A DNA stretch of 63,764 nucleotides, filler included, from Octopus bimaculoides (GCF_001194135.2; 8 parts of 7 records of this genome joined end to end with filler, not necessarily neighbours in it), one strand, 5' to 3'; numbered from the whole stretch's first letter, positions 23,571 to 36,959 are shown. Made by a program: numbers and translations. Notes: generated by a model not told the origin, from the letters alone.

Positions 23571-23832
23571 CGTTTCGCTGATCCGCGAGCAGTTGCAGCT
23601 GTTTTACGTTCTTTTTTGAAGTTGAATAGCAAAATTGCTCAAATATCGCGCTTGGACTGTTCCATTTCAGATGATTGTAACAATAGTGAAAAATATCATT
23701 GTTAATTTATTTATGCATTTGGGCTAGTCTATGTCTGTATTATCAGACAATTACAAAGAATTCAAAACTCTGCAAAAATCCGGTACAATTTTTTCGTGGT
23801 TTCAAACGCTGCTTACTTTTTACTCCACCTCA

Positions 23833-24544
23833 TATGTCAAATTCGACTCAATGGACTAAGAAAAAAAACAAAACGAAAAAGAGTATTACCCCTTAAAATC
23901 AATAAATGAAACTAGATATCATACAATTGATGGCGCCTAAGAAAAAAGTTAAAGAAAATACTATTCCATTTATCAGTACATATAATCCAGGAGTAATTAA
24001 CATAAAAATAAACCTACCAATTCTCTTACAAAACCCCAAAATGAAAAATCTGGCCGATGAAAACATACGAAACAGTAAATGTCAACTAAAAAAAAATCTT
24101 AAAAAACATCTCACGAGGGTAAAATTTCACATCAGAAGATAATTCAGAATTCTCTTTGAAGAACAGTGGAGCTAATAAATGTGGAACATGTAGCAACAAC
24201 AACAACAACAACAACAATGACGACGACGACATCGACAACAACAACAACTGCAACTTTAAATATTTGGACACTGGTTTCCATATAAAATTTAAAAGTGTAT
24301 TCTCTTTCCAAGTAAATGCAGATATGAACTGCAAGGCACAAATTCTCATATACTGCATAACCTGCCCCAATTGCAAGGAAAATTATATTGGCGAACAAGC
24401 AATTCCCTTTGCGAACGTACAAGAATCCACAGAAACACATTAGACTAAAACAATTACGCAAGATTCCGCTGAGTAAACATCTCGAAATATGTGGAGACAG
24501 CAAATTCAAGATCTTTCCCTTCTACAAATGCCTAAGACACACAC
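23833..24544 (+). pseudogene. PLE 3' part: linker and GIY-YIG endonuclease
   Basis: Continues the frame of 16600-17513 across the TA (DPKI|CQIRLNGLR). Shows IPFISTYNP, CGTC and IYCITCPNCKENYIGE. Confidence 0.9.
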
Positions 24545-25326
24545 NNNNNNNNNNNNNNNNNNNNNNNNNNNNNNNNNNNNNNNNNNNNTTAATTAATTAA
24601 NNNNNNNNNNNNNNNNNNNNNNNNNNNNNNNNNNNNNNNNNNNNGACAAATTGGAAAATTATATATTTCGGTTAATTACTGTGTAAATCATGTCAATTTT
24701 TTTATTAATTGCTGAATATTTATTCACGATTTTTGTAAAAAAAAATTGGCAAAATGTAACATACTTAAAGTTTTGATTTGATTTGATCTGAATAAAAGGA
24801 TTGTGGAAATTTCCATTATTTCTTGCGGGCCAAGTCAACCTTGCTGTTTACGTGGGAACTCCAGCTTAGATCGTATTAAAAAATTACTCCAGGATCTCTG
24901 GTGTTGTTGGATGACACTAGGGAGTCGCCCGAGGGAAGAGCATATGGTAATTTCAGAGTTTCCTCTTTCCCAAAGTGGATCAAGTCAAACTTATCTTCAT
25001 TTTTAAAAGCACATTGTTTTTTTCCGCCCATTGGACAATAGCAAACGGATTTGACCCATTTCAACTGCAGCCATACACCAAAAAAAGTGGTAAGAGTTTT
25101 GCTCCAAAATTTAAATTTTGAATTTGTTTTCATTATAAAATTATACCTCAGCTAAAAAACATCTATTGGCTTCGGAATACAATGTTGTCTTTTTCTTTCT
25201 ATATTTTTTATTTCTCTCTCACTCTCTCTCTTTCTCTCTCAGTTTTTCTCTTGTTATTAAAAATAAAACAATAAATGTCCAAAATGATTAAGTGTTTCAA
25301 TTGAAAAACATATATTAAATGCGTGA

Positions 25327-25632
25327 GTGAAGGTGCGTGGCTTAGTGGTTAGGGCATTCGGCTCACGATCGTGAGTTCGAATCCCGGCGACGCGTTGTGT
25401 CCTCGTTGAGGAAGACACTTTATTTCACGTTGCGTTGCTCGAGTCCACTCAACTGGCAAAAATGAGTAGTACCTGTATTTCGAAGGGCCAGGTTTGTCAC
25501 ACTCTGTGCCACGCTGAATCTCTCTGAGATCTACGTTAAGTACCCATGTGTCTGTGGAGTGCTCAGCCACTTGCACGTTAGTTTCACGAGCAAGCTGTTC
25601 GACCCTCTTCGTCGTAACCGACGGAGTGCTCC
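25327..25632 (+). mobile_element. tRNA-head, CORE-like SINE
   Basis: A box tggcttagtggttagg, B box gagttcgaatccc, CORE-like ttgaggaagacactttatttcacgttgc...gtccactcaactggcaaaaatgagtagtacc. Tail shared with 8594-8960. Confidence 0.85.
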
Positions 25633-25879
25633 TTTAATATGTGTGAGCTGATTTTTGAATTGTATTTTGCTACTTACTAAAATTTCCATATATATTTTTC
25701 TTTCTTTTTTTTTCTGTGAAATTTTAATGTAGTAAACATAAGGAAATATGAAGAACTCGAAACTGGTTTCTATAATATAATACAAACACACAACAACACA
25801 CCTAAACACATACTTGGTTGTATTATGTACCTACCTACCAACAAACTTACACCCATACATACATGGATGTATGTGTATT

Positions 25880-25898
25880 TCTATGCATGCATGTAAAC

Positions 25899-25929
<31 letters not shown>

Positions 25930-25949
25930 TGTATGTATGTATGTATGTA

Positions 25950-25997
<48 letters not shown>

Positions 25998-26075
25998 ATG
26001 TATACATATACATGTCGGTATGTACATATATGGATATATGCATATAATCATATATTATTTATGTTATATATATAN
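25880..26075. repeat. (TATG)n/(TA)n microsatellite running into a gap
   Basis: Direct reading. Confidence 0.9.
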
Positions 26076-27129
26076 NNNNNNNNNNNNNNNNNNNNNNNNN
26101 NNNNNNNNNNNNNNNNNNNNNNNNNNNNNNNNNNNNNNNNNNNNNNNNNNNNNNNNNNNNNNNNNNNNNNNNNNNNNNNNNNNNNNNNNNNNNNNNNNNN
26201 NNNNNNNNNNNNNNNNNNNNNNNNNNNNNNNNNNNNNNNNNNNNNNNNNNNNNNNNNNNNNNNNNNNNNNNNNNNNNNNNNNNNNNNNNNNNNNNNNNNN
26301 NNNNNNNNNNNNNNNNNNNNNNNNNNNNNNNNNNNNNNNNNNNNNNNNNNNNNNNNNNNNNNNNNNNNNNNNNNNNNNNNNNNNNNNNNNNNNNNNNNNN
26401 NNNNNNNNNNNNNNNNNNNNNNNNNNNNNNNNNNNNNNATATATATATAGAGAGAGAGAGAGAGAGCTACCAATCTGTCTGTCTCTGTGGCTGTCATTAA
26501 AACTTTGTTTTTAATTTTCTCAGTTTCCTCCATTTTTTTTTTCTATCCTGGCTATTTTCCTTTTCCTCTTTGCTCTCTTTACCCACAGCCACACACCCTT
26601 TCTTTCTCCACGTACCCAAGGCATTTCCCCCCCTATTCTTATATAATCTTCAGCGTGTTTCTTCTGCTGACTGCCATTTCTCTTCCGCACACATCTGCTT
26701 GCCGTCTCGCTAGCCTTTTAGCTAGCCGTCTATCTAGTCGTTTATGTTAGTTATTAGTCCAACAGACGAAGGAAGAGACGGGACACGTCCACCGATTATA
26801 TTGACTTGCATTATTGCAATGATCGTAGAACTGGAAGCGTCAATGTATTTGATGGAGATGTTGTGGACGGATACGTCATGGCGATGATTGTTGGTGATGT
26901 TCAAAATGACTTTGCTTTTCTTTTCAAGGTCAGCCTTGACCAAACAAACTGATAACAAAAAGTGCATTCCAGCCGTGATCATCTCGTTTTTTGGCATAGC
27001 AAGGATTAGATTGTACAATATGTCCTCTAATTTTTAAGGCGATAAGATGTGATTTGAAGGAGATCCGGTTGCTATTTCTCGCAAGTCAATTGACCACATA
27101 GGAGGCTACTGCATTGGTTCATATACTGT

Positions 27130-27490
27130 GTGCATTAGTGATGGTTGTAGATATATTGATGGTGATGTTTATAAGAATTTTGATGATGAATTGTTAGTGA
27201 TGGTGTTGGTGTTGGTAAAGCCAGCGAAGAATAGCAATGGACAGTCGTAGAGGTGGTTTTGATGTTAGCGTAGATGGTGCTGTCATCGGTGACAGTGGTA
27301 GTATGGCGGATGATTGCGATCGTAGCGGTGTTGAAAATAATGGCATAAAGGATGCTGAAGTCAGTGTTAGTGGTAGATTTGTGCTTGTAGTATTGGTGCT
27401 TGTAGCGATAGGAATGATGGTGTTAATGTTTATGATGGCAGCATTAATGATGGTGTTGTAGAGTGTGATGATGGTAAAGATAGTGTTGAG
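27130..27490. repeat. Degenerate (TGG/TGA)n low-complexity tract
   Basis: Rich in gatggt/ggtgtt triplets. Confidence 0.7.
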
Positions 27491-28129
27491 TGAGACCTGA
27501 CGTATTTTATCGAATCTCAGTAAGCCAATCAATAAAACCGAGTTACAACACGTTCATCTTTTCTACTGTCGTGTTCCTGCATACATTGCACATATTACAA
27601 TCAAAGCATAATGCATACAAGTTTCTTCACTCTGCATACAACTTACAGTTTGCATAGGGTAATACGGCATACTTCACAATGAATACATTCTAATCATGTA
27701 CGGCACACTATACACTGCGTTGAACATATCCCGCATACTACACATTCTTTGTTGCACAATAATACTGCACATTATATAAAATGCAGGCGGTATGCTGCAA
27801 ATTCTATGTTGCATACTTCACAATGCAGGTTGCATAATGTTAATGATGAATAATAAATGTCTCTTCCTGATCCACAGGGACGCCGTCACATAAGGCCTTA
27901 ACCTGCCTAATATCAGCAAAACATTCACGCACACAAACACACACGGAAGTGTGCTCAAGCACACACACACTCACATACTCATATATACATAGTTATGCAT
28001 ACATATAGCTACGTGCAAGCATAGTCTCACGAACACATCAATAAGCACACGCTTATTGACACATCTACCTTTCTCTCTCTTGCTTTCTATAAAGATGTGC
28101 TTGTGTTTGCATACCCACTTTCATGCTCA

Positions 28130-28135
28130 ATTCCT

Positions 28136-28179
<44 letters not shown>

Positions 28180-28830
28180 TATTTCTTTCTTTCTTTCTTT
28201 CTTTCTTTCTTTCCTTCTACCTGTTTCTTTTTCATTCTAATTCCCCATTCTTACTCTCTTCTGTCTGTCTGTCTATATATGCAAGTATAAATGTATGTAT
28301 GAGTATAAACGCGCATACAAACGTCCGTATGCACATACACAAGTACATACATACATACACACGTACATACAGACATATATACATACATATGTACATACAT
28401 ATATACATATATATGTATATACATACATATATACATATATGCATACATATGTATATACANNNNNNNNNNTCTTTCTTTCTTTCCTTCTACCTGTTTCTTT
28501 TTCATTCTAATTCCCCATTCTTACTCTCTTCTGTCTGTCTGTCTATATATGCAAGTATAAATGTATGTATGAGTATAAACGCGCATACAAACGTCCGTAT
28601 GCACATACACAAGTACATACATACATACACACGTACATACAGACATATATACATACATATGTACATACATATATACATATATATGTATATACATACATAT
28701 ATACATATATGCATACATATGTATATACATACATATATACATGTATATATATATATATATACACATATATATATATATATACATATATACATACATATAT
28801 ATACATATATTTGTGTGTGTGTGCGTGTGT
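28130..28830. repeat. (CTTT)n/(TACA)n microsatellite block with an about 270-bp duplication across a 10-N gap
   Basis: About 28190-28459 is repeated identically at about 28470-28737. Confidence 0.85.
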
Positions 28831-29241
28831 GTATAAATATATGAAGAGAGATGGAGAGAAGGAAAGAAAGAGAGAGAGAGGGGCGGGGAGAGAAACAGAA
28901 ACTAATATATACAGATATGGAGGTGTTTTGAGGAAACCAAATAGAGGAATGCATACAATATTGAAGTATGAACTCGAAGGCGCTGCGTTCAAACCCATCT
29001 TCAAATATTTGGAACAGAAAAATGAATTGGTTTTGTTTATATGTAGTTGTCATAAATAGGTACCAGACTACGTAGAATTGTAGTACAAGATAAACTGCCG
29101 TGCATTTGGCTCCAATCTATGAGAAGCTTTATCCCACATCCGATTCACATTATTGAGCAGGATCATTGAGCAGTTTCAAAAGACAAGAGCTTAAGAAACT
29201 CACATTATTATACATACACGCAGAGAGAAAGAGACAGAGTG

Positions 29242-29306
<65 letters not shown>

Positions 29307-30098
29307 NNNNNNNNNNNNNNNNNNNNNNNNNNNNNNNNNNNNNNNNNNNNNNNNNNNNNNNNNNNNNNNNNNNNNNNNNNNNNNNNNNNNNNNNNNNNNN
29401 NNNNNNNNNNNNNNNNNNNNNNNNNNNNNNNNNNNNNNNNNNNNNNNNNNNNNNNNNNNNNNNNNNNNNNNNNNNNNNNNNNNNNNNNNNNNNNNNNNNN
29501 NNNNNNNNNNNNNNNNNNNNNNNNNNNNNNNNNNNNNNNNNNNNNNNNNNNNNNNNNNNNNNNNNNNNNNNNNNNNNNNNNNNNNNNNNNNNNNNNNNNN
29601 NNNNNNNNNNNNNNNNNNNNNNNNNNNNNNNNNNNNNNNNNNNNNNNNNNNNNNNNNNNNNNNNNNNNNNNNNNNNNNNNNNNNNNNNNNNNNNNNNNNN
29701 NNNNNNNNNNNNNNNNNNNNNNNNNNNNNNNNNNNNNNNNNNNNNNNNNNNNNNNNNNNNNNNNNNNNNNNNNNNNNNNNNNNNNNNNNNNNNNNNNNNN
29801 NNNNNNNNNNNNNNNNNNNNNNNNNNNNNNNNNNNNNNNNNNNNNNNNNNNNNNNNNNNNNNNNNNNNNNNNNNNNNNNNNNNNNNNNNNNNNNNNNNNN
29901 NNNNNNNNNNNNNNNNNNNNNNNNNNNNNNNNNNNNNNNNNNNNNNNNNNNNNNNNNNNNNNNNNNNNNNNNNNNNNNNNNNNNNNNNNNNNNNNNNNNN
30001 NNNNNNNNNNNNNNNNNNNNNNNNNNNNNNNNNNNNNNNNNNNNNNNNNNNNNNNNNNNNNNNNNNNNNNNNNNNNNNNNNNNNNNNNNNNNNNNNNN

Positions 30099-31022
30099 AT
30101 TCCGTCTTGTATATATTTTTCATTTCTAGATTTTTAGCTATTTCTCTATCGGGAAAGGCCTTTTTACAAATTTCATCTAAGTGATTTATATGGATGAAAG
30201 GTGCGTGATGTTCAACAACAAAACCTGTTAGTAGCAAGTTTGCCTTTGCTACTTTTTCATTTAATGTATCATCTGTTTTTTTTAAACAATAAATGAATCG
30301 CGGATTTCGCACAATCAAAAGCTTTCTTGTGTTTGGCAGAGTTTTTATGAGCTAACAGCGTTGATTTGTTAGCATTTTTCAACACAACGTTGCAACAAAC
30401 GCAGTAGCAGGCGTCAGGATTTTTATCATCTTGCTGTAACCATTTTTAAAGCTCAGCATCATCCAACCACGACTTCTTGAAATTTTGGGTGTACCACTTC
30501 CTCTTTTTGTACGCACTATTGTATGTCATTACTTCGCAAAGGGTTACAAAACAAAAACACTCCCTCAAAATGTTGTTAAACAAATTTTAAATCGCGAGTA
30601 ACAGTCGAAGCGCACACCATCAACACAGTCAAGCTGTCAATTGGCGGTGTCAGAGTTTCAGACAAGTGCACAAACGGCCACCAATGCGTTGTAAATTGTA
30701 GTTGCCCGATATAATACAAGTATAAACAAATAATGAACGCGTACGATCAGTAATTACGTCACACAATATTTGTATCGATAAATTCATTACGTGAGATGAT
30801 TATGGATGATGTATAGAAAGTTTACAAAGTATTAGAAGAGGTGCAACTTTGGCACATATTGCATACAAAGAGTATGACACCGAATTCTCGTTAAAAGATG
30901 TTTGCAGCCAAAACTAACTTAAAAACCCAGATTTCTTGAATATTTGGTAATTAAAATCCATAAACCCATCGTTGCTCAAAAAACCCCAGATTTGGGTGGA
31001 AAAACCATTAGTGGCATCCCTG
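30099..31022 (-). mobile_element. 5' part of a hAT transposon (Blackjack-like TIR, BED-finger transposase remnant)
   Basis: Minus-strand end cagggatgccact at 31022. Translation FKKSWLDD..L*KWL...CYCVCCNVVL...LLAHKNSAKH, then FVVEHHAPF..INHL.EICKKAFPDREIAK. Runs into a gap. Confidence 0.8.
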
Positions 31023-31070
31023 TATATGTCTATTATACACCATTTTAAACTCATGATTACCTGTATTTGT

Positions 31071-31101
<31 letters not shown>

Positions 31102-31249
31102 NNNNNNNNNNNNNNNNNNNNNNNNNNNNNNNNNNNNNNNNNNNNTTAATTAATTAANNNNNNNNNNNNNNNNNNNNNNNNNNNNNNNNNNNNNNNNNNN
31201 NTATATATACGTATATATATATACGTATATATGTGGGAGCGTCTATGTT

Positions 31250-31880
31250 TATGTGCGTGCACAACTGGTAGAACTAAAAGTATTACTTCAGCAGGAAAAA
31301 TACCTATAAAATTAGCAAACCATGCCATAACCAAGTCAAAAGTGATCCCTATCTGTGTCTTACAGAGAAACCCTCACAATAAAGATAAAGACAAAAATAC
31401 CAACATAAACATTTCATTTGTTGTCACTCATAATCCCAGAAAGCATATCATCTTATATCCGGACAAATAGTATCTTCCAATTCTACATCAAACATCAAGT
31501 CTCAGAAAAATAATAAAAGAAGCGCAAATTATCAACAGCTGAAATGAATCACTAATTCTTAAAAGACTTTTAACAAAGGCGAAATTCACATCAGAAGAAA
31601 TAATGTTGTTTACAAACTGTGGAGACCTTCGTTATAAGATGTGTGAAATGATTGGCCAGGAAACAACTTAAAAATTCTGGAATTGAACATTAATGCAAAT
31701 ATTTATATTTATATTTGCAAAACAAAAAAAAATCACATTTATTGCAAATTTTAAATATCTTCTTTCTTCAAAATAAAGTAAGAAAATGACCGACTGCAAA
31801 ATACAAAAGAAGAAAACTTTAGGAATTCTAAATCCAAATTATAACATGGACACTAAAAACAACTTCCTCAATATTGATTA
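31250..31880 (+). pseudogene. Degenerate PLE linker/GIY-YIG fragment
   Basis: ISFVVTHNP and L.RLLTKAKFTS, similar to 23950-24140. Confidence 0.65.
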
Positions 31881-32094
31881 CCCCATAACGTGTGTTTGAA
31901 AAGCTATAAATAGCGAAGGCGCTAACACACATTACAATACCTTCCTTCCTTCTGTGTGATTCTTTTATATGATTAATAATTTTCAATTTAAGATATTTTT
32001 CAAATATTGTGATTGTATCAAGAATTCTTTGCAATAATTCTGTGTGTGTGCGCGCGTGTGCGTGTGCGTGTGTGTTATTTCTTTACTACCCACA

Positions 32095-32306
32095 AGGAGC
32101 TACACACAGAGGGGACAAACAAGGACAGACAAACGGATTAAATCGATTATATCGACCCCAGTGCGTAACTGGTACTTATTTAATCGACCCCGAAAGGATG
32201 AAAGGCAAAGTCGACCTCGGCGGAATTTGAACTCAGAACGTAGCGAGCAGACGAAATACCGCTGAACATTTCGCCCGGCGTGCTAACGTTTCCGTCAGCT
32301 CGCCGC
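32095..32306 (-). mobile_element. Well-preserved SINE copy (family of 103-478)
   Basis: cagcggcgagctgacggaaacgttagcacgccgggcgaaatg...gttctgagttcaaattccgccgaggtcgactttgcctttcatcctttcggggtcg. Confidence 0.9.
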
Positions 32307-33062
32307 TGTGTGTGTGATATAATATAATACTCGATGTGTGTTAATTGCTTACTTGGCCTTTCTCACGAAAGAATACATAGGTAAGCAATGTTACCAAAAA
32401 TTAAATACCTTGATCCCAAGCAAGAAGCATGCGCGTTGATTTGAGAAAGACGAACCCCCTTGGAAATGTCTTTTAAAAGCTTAATGGTTTTCAATAAGCT
32501 GTCCCTATGATGGCGGTCCAATTAGGTGATTATAACTCCTGATGGAATTGTCGTCAAATTTTCAAATAAAACTTTTAAAACAATGATCGTTATACAAAGT
32601 GCATGCAGCCAAGTTTAGTCGCGCAAATCTATATGGCTAATAACAACTTCTGATAATCAGTATTGTCTTTTTGTAGTAAAATCAATGAATCGTGTGAAAA
32701 CAATCCTGTAACATCAAAAGAACGCTTTCAAAATGAGGTTCGAAATACTGTCAAATTACCCTCGTATCGTTGATCATGCTCTGAAACTGAAGCGAATTGA
32801 ACTCAAAGTGGGTCATATATATTTAGCACATTTTTAGAAAGGCTATTGCATTACAGGATTAGTTTCGTTCTTCTTGGTTCCATAGAATAAAAATTATTAA
32901 TATTGATTTAATTACCATGTCTCTTAGCCTACAAAAAACTCAATAAAATAAAGGTAACACCTTCGATACTTGTTTGTAACTTCATTTACGTAACCAATGT
33001 CTTCGAGAAAGCATTGAGCAAAATACAGTTTCATCACCCTCCTAAAATCAGATAACCTAAAG

Positions 33063-35441
33063 AAGACATGTCAAACTTCCTGTCCGTGCAGCAATTTCAT
33101 CCGGCCTGCGGGACCATTTTGATATCAGCATGAAATGGGTCCAAATGGCGGCATCAGCAAATAGAGTACTTTGCTGTCCTCAGCAAAACCCATGCCTTCT
33201 TGTTACAACTACACATACGTAGTGTGTGGCTAAAGTAGGCCATTACATTATATTTATCATTGACTGCACTACCTATCTTACTCAGGGTGTCACCAAAAGT
33301 AGCAATAATTTAACACACGACTAGAAACAACGCCACTGTAACTATTACACCCTGTCTGTACAAAAAAAAACACACATTAAAGAGGCATGATAACACAGTC
33401 ACAAAACTTAATTGTAGCTGCAACAAAGCATACTTGGAAACGCCTCCTTCGATTCACTAATCGCGTATTGTGAAGCGCTGATGACGCAAAATCTACGAAT
33501 CCCACAATGCACCGCAACAGCCGCCTTACCGCACTTTCAGGTGATCATTTTCACGTAACGTCATTCAGTAGTAGTAGCTATCTATATCAATGGTCGATGC
33601 TGAAAATAGTCGATGCTGAAAACAGAGCCTTTCAAATCCGGTGGAAGTACGTTTGTTGACATTGATGGCAAAGCCGTTGCCTTATTTGCGGTGCTAATGT
33701 TGCTGTACCTAAAGAGTATAATCTCAAACGCCACTACGAAACAAAACATCAGAGCAAGTATAATTACCTCACTGCTGAGCAGAAGTAACGAAAAGTAGAC
33801 GAGTTGAAGAGGAATCTCACATTACAACAAACTTTTTTAAGTAAAGCAAAATCACAAAGTGAAGCTACTGTTAAAGCAAGTTTTATTGTGGCAGAAGAGT
33901 TTGGGAAGAGCTTCGTAATGAAAATGAGTGACGTTTTGTGTCCAGACAAGAAGGAACTGTTTGCTAATGTGAGTATTAGCAAAAATACGGTTGCTGATCA
34001 GGTATGTGAGATGGCCACTGGTTTGAAAACACAGGAAACGGTTTTATTGCATACTCTCTTGCTGTAGATGAGACTAATGACACGACTGATATGGCACAAC
34101 TGGCTATCTTCATAGGTGAAGGAAATTTTAGACATTAAATCGATGCACGGGGCAACAACAGGAAAGGACCTTTTTGAAAAAATATACCAGCGTGTAACCG
34201 ACATGAAACTGCCTTGGAGCAAATTTGTTGGACTTACAGCAGATGGAGCACCGGCGATGTGCAGTGAAAAAAGTGGACTAGTGGGTAGGATACGTTTAAA
34301 GATGCAAGAAGAGAACTGCACTGGTGAGTTGACAGCATATCACTGCATCATACACCAGGAAACGCTGTGCGCTAAAGCCTTAAAAATGGAACATGTAATG
34401 AGCACTGTAACGCAAACCGTAAAGGGTTAAATCACCGTTAATTCAGTCTTTCCTGCGGGAAATGCATTCAGAGTTCGGTGACGTGCCTTATCATACGGAA
34501 GAGCAGTGGCTCAGTCGGAGAAAAGTCCTCAATATAGTTTTTGAGCTGGTTGAGGAAATATGTCAGTTCATGGACAGTAAAGGAAAAGAATCCAAAGTTC
34601 TACAGGATGAAAAGCGGAAATGCGAATTGGTGTTTCTGATGGACATAACTGCGCATCTCGGTGTTTTAAACATCCACTCCAGGGACGGGATCGCATGATC
34701 TGTGATATGTATGACGCAGAGAAGGCATTTCAATTGAAGCTGCGCTTATGAGAGACACAAATACACCAATTGAACTTGTCTCTCTTTCCCTGTTGCCAAG
34801 TAATGTTGAGCCAAGTCAGCGCTACGTTGTTCCCAAAGTAACACTTTGCTGATAAATTGAGTGCAGTCCGCACTGAATTCACACGGTGCTATAGTGACTT
34901 GCGTCATACCTGAAGCAATGCCCCAGCTCCGTTTGCATGCAGCGCGAACGCTGTCTTTCTTTGGAAGCATATATCTGTGCGAGCAGCTTTTCTGTGATGA
35001 AGATGAATAAAACGTCACATAGGAGTCTTCTCACAGATGAACACCTGCAATCCATCCTGAGAGTCTCAACAACACAGAACCTTGCTCCAAACATCAACGA
35101 ACTCGTTGCCAAGAAAAGAAAATCGCATAAAGAAAATTAAAAGTTTTGATTTATTATTTTAATTTTCACTAAAATGTACATTTTTTATTTATATTTTCTT
35201 TTCTTTATTTTGCAACATGTTCTTATTTTAATTTTTTATAATTTTGACAGGAGATATTTTTATGCAGAGCAAAATATTTTAAGTAATTTAAGTTAAATTT
35301 AATTTATTTTTGGAATAAAATTATATACCATCTGTTACAATACATGTTTATGTTCAAAAAGTTTTAGTCTGTTCAATAAATGTTTATTCTGTTCGGCCCG
35401 CGAGTTTTGGTCACCTGTGCAATTTAGTTTGATACCCCTTG
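33063..35441 (+). mobile_element. hAT Charlie/Buster-group transposon (GTF2IRD2/OposCharlie1-like transposase), decayed
   Basis: TIR-like ends (..atgtcaaact / agtttgatacccct) with 8-bp flanks acctaaag / acataaag. Transposase motifs EYNLKRHYETKH, SLAVDETNDTTDMAQLAIF, TTGKDLF, TADGAPAM, HCIIHQETLC, WLSR, MSSVMKMNK-like end. Confidence 0.9.
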
Positions 35442-35995
35442 ACATAAAGCTAAATAAGAAATAAAGATTTTTTTTCTGAAATCGTGCGATTTTTTATTAA
35501 AAGATATTTTACCAGCTTTGCTTCTAGAGACGACGCTTAAATTATATTTTGTTGTTGTTGTTGTTGTTGTTCTTGTTGTTGTAACACTTTTCGACCTGGC
35601 TGCAGTCGAACTTACTAATATCTGCGGTTTTATCCATTCTGTCTTCCTATCTGTCGCTCCATCTGGATATTCAGTTTGTCTCCGAAAATGGGAAAGATTT
35701 AAACCTACAATATATAAGATGTATGCATTTAAAGATTTCAATTCAACCCACCGTGTTTATCAGGATACTGCAGAGATATACAGTCTAGTTATCAGTAAAT
35801 TTTGAAGAAATCCAAGCATTAGCAATGTCTACTACACTTGTATTTAGAGTCAATAGTTAGAGCTTAAGTTCAGCTGGACGCTTTTGCATTTGATATGTGC
35901 TTTTTGCAGCACTGACGGCATCTTAGGCTCATTGTCCTTAAGAGACAAATGCTTTGGGAGTGAATTTGATGGACACAAATTGTGTGGAAGTCTTT

Positions 35996-36054
<59 letters not shown>

Positions 36055-36959
36055 NNNNNNNNNNNNNNNNNNNNNNNNNNNNNNNNNNNNNNNNNNNNNN
36101 NNNNNNNNNNNNNNNNNNNNNNNNNNNNNNNNNNNNNNNNNNNNNNNNNNNNNNNNNNNNNNNNNNNNNNNNNNNNNNNNNNNNNNNNNNNNNNNNNNNN
36201 NNNNNNNNNNNNNNNNNNNNNNNNNNNNNNNNNNNNNNNNNNNNNNNNNNNNNNNNNNNNNNNNNNNNNNNNNNNNNNNNNNNNNNNNNNNNNNNNNNNN
36301 NNNNNNNNNNNNNNNNNNNNNNNNNNNNNNNNNNNNNNNNNNNNNNNNNNNNNNNNNNNNNNNNNNNNNNNNNNNNNNNNNNNNNNNNNNNNNNNNNNNN
36401 NNNNNNNNNNNNNNNNNNNNNNNNNNNNNNNNNNNNNNNNNNNNNNNNNNNNNNNNNNNNNNNNNNNNNNNNNNNNNNNNNNNNNNNNNNNNNNNNNNNN
36501 NNNNNNNNNNNNNNNNNNNNNNNNNNNNNNNNNNNNNNNNNNNNNNNNNNNNNNNNNNNNNNNNNNNNNNNNNNNNNNNNNNNNNNNNNNNNNNNNNNNN
36601 NNNNNNNNNNNNNNNNNNNNNNNNNNNNNNNNNNNNNNNNNNNNNNNTCTCTCTCCCTCTCTTGTTCTTCTTCCTTTCTATTTTCCTCTCCCACCCTTTC
36701 CCTGTTCTTCTCTCACTCTTCCTCCTTGACCCTCTTGTCGCTGACACCTGACGAAAAGGGATCTCTCTTTCTGTTCACTGCCTTCCTATAGAAAAGACGT
36801 GTTGTTTCTGTCTCTTCTCTCATGCATATCTATCTAGCGTTCAAAATAATAATTTTTCTATCATCTTGGCTTAACAGCCCTCACTGTTTGTTTTTTACTG
36901 TCTTGTTCTCACTGTCTTGTTCTTATTGTTTTTTCTGTCTTGTTTTCACTGTCCTGTTC

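Larger units (their letters stand above)
17514..23832 (-). mobile_element. Complete DD34D mariner (Hsmar1/SETMAR-like, about 1274 bp net) split by a 5-kb LINE insertion
   Basis: TIRs at 17514-17542 and 23804-23832 match at 23/29 nt, with TA at 17512-13 and 23833-34. The N-terminus MEQSKRDI*AILLFNFKK-RKTAATAR (ATG at 23665) joins NETFGEEMTSEWSARKWF...WVPHDL and HDNARPH...YSPDLSPTD (34-residue spacing). Confidence 0.95.

Noticed and set aside
28190-28737. Exact duplication of about 270 bp
   Set aside because: The copies flank a 10-N gap. They are most likely unmerged overlapping contig ends.
29200-30129. Long ORFs spanning N gaps (also at 35.9-36.8, 41.8-43.0, 43.8-44.7, 46.1-47.2 and 51.4-52.3 kb)
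   Set aside because: Their length comes from X residues and dinucleotide repeats.
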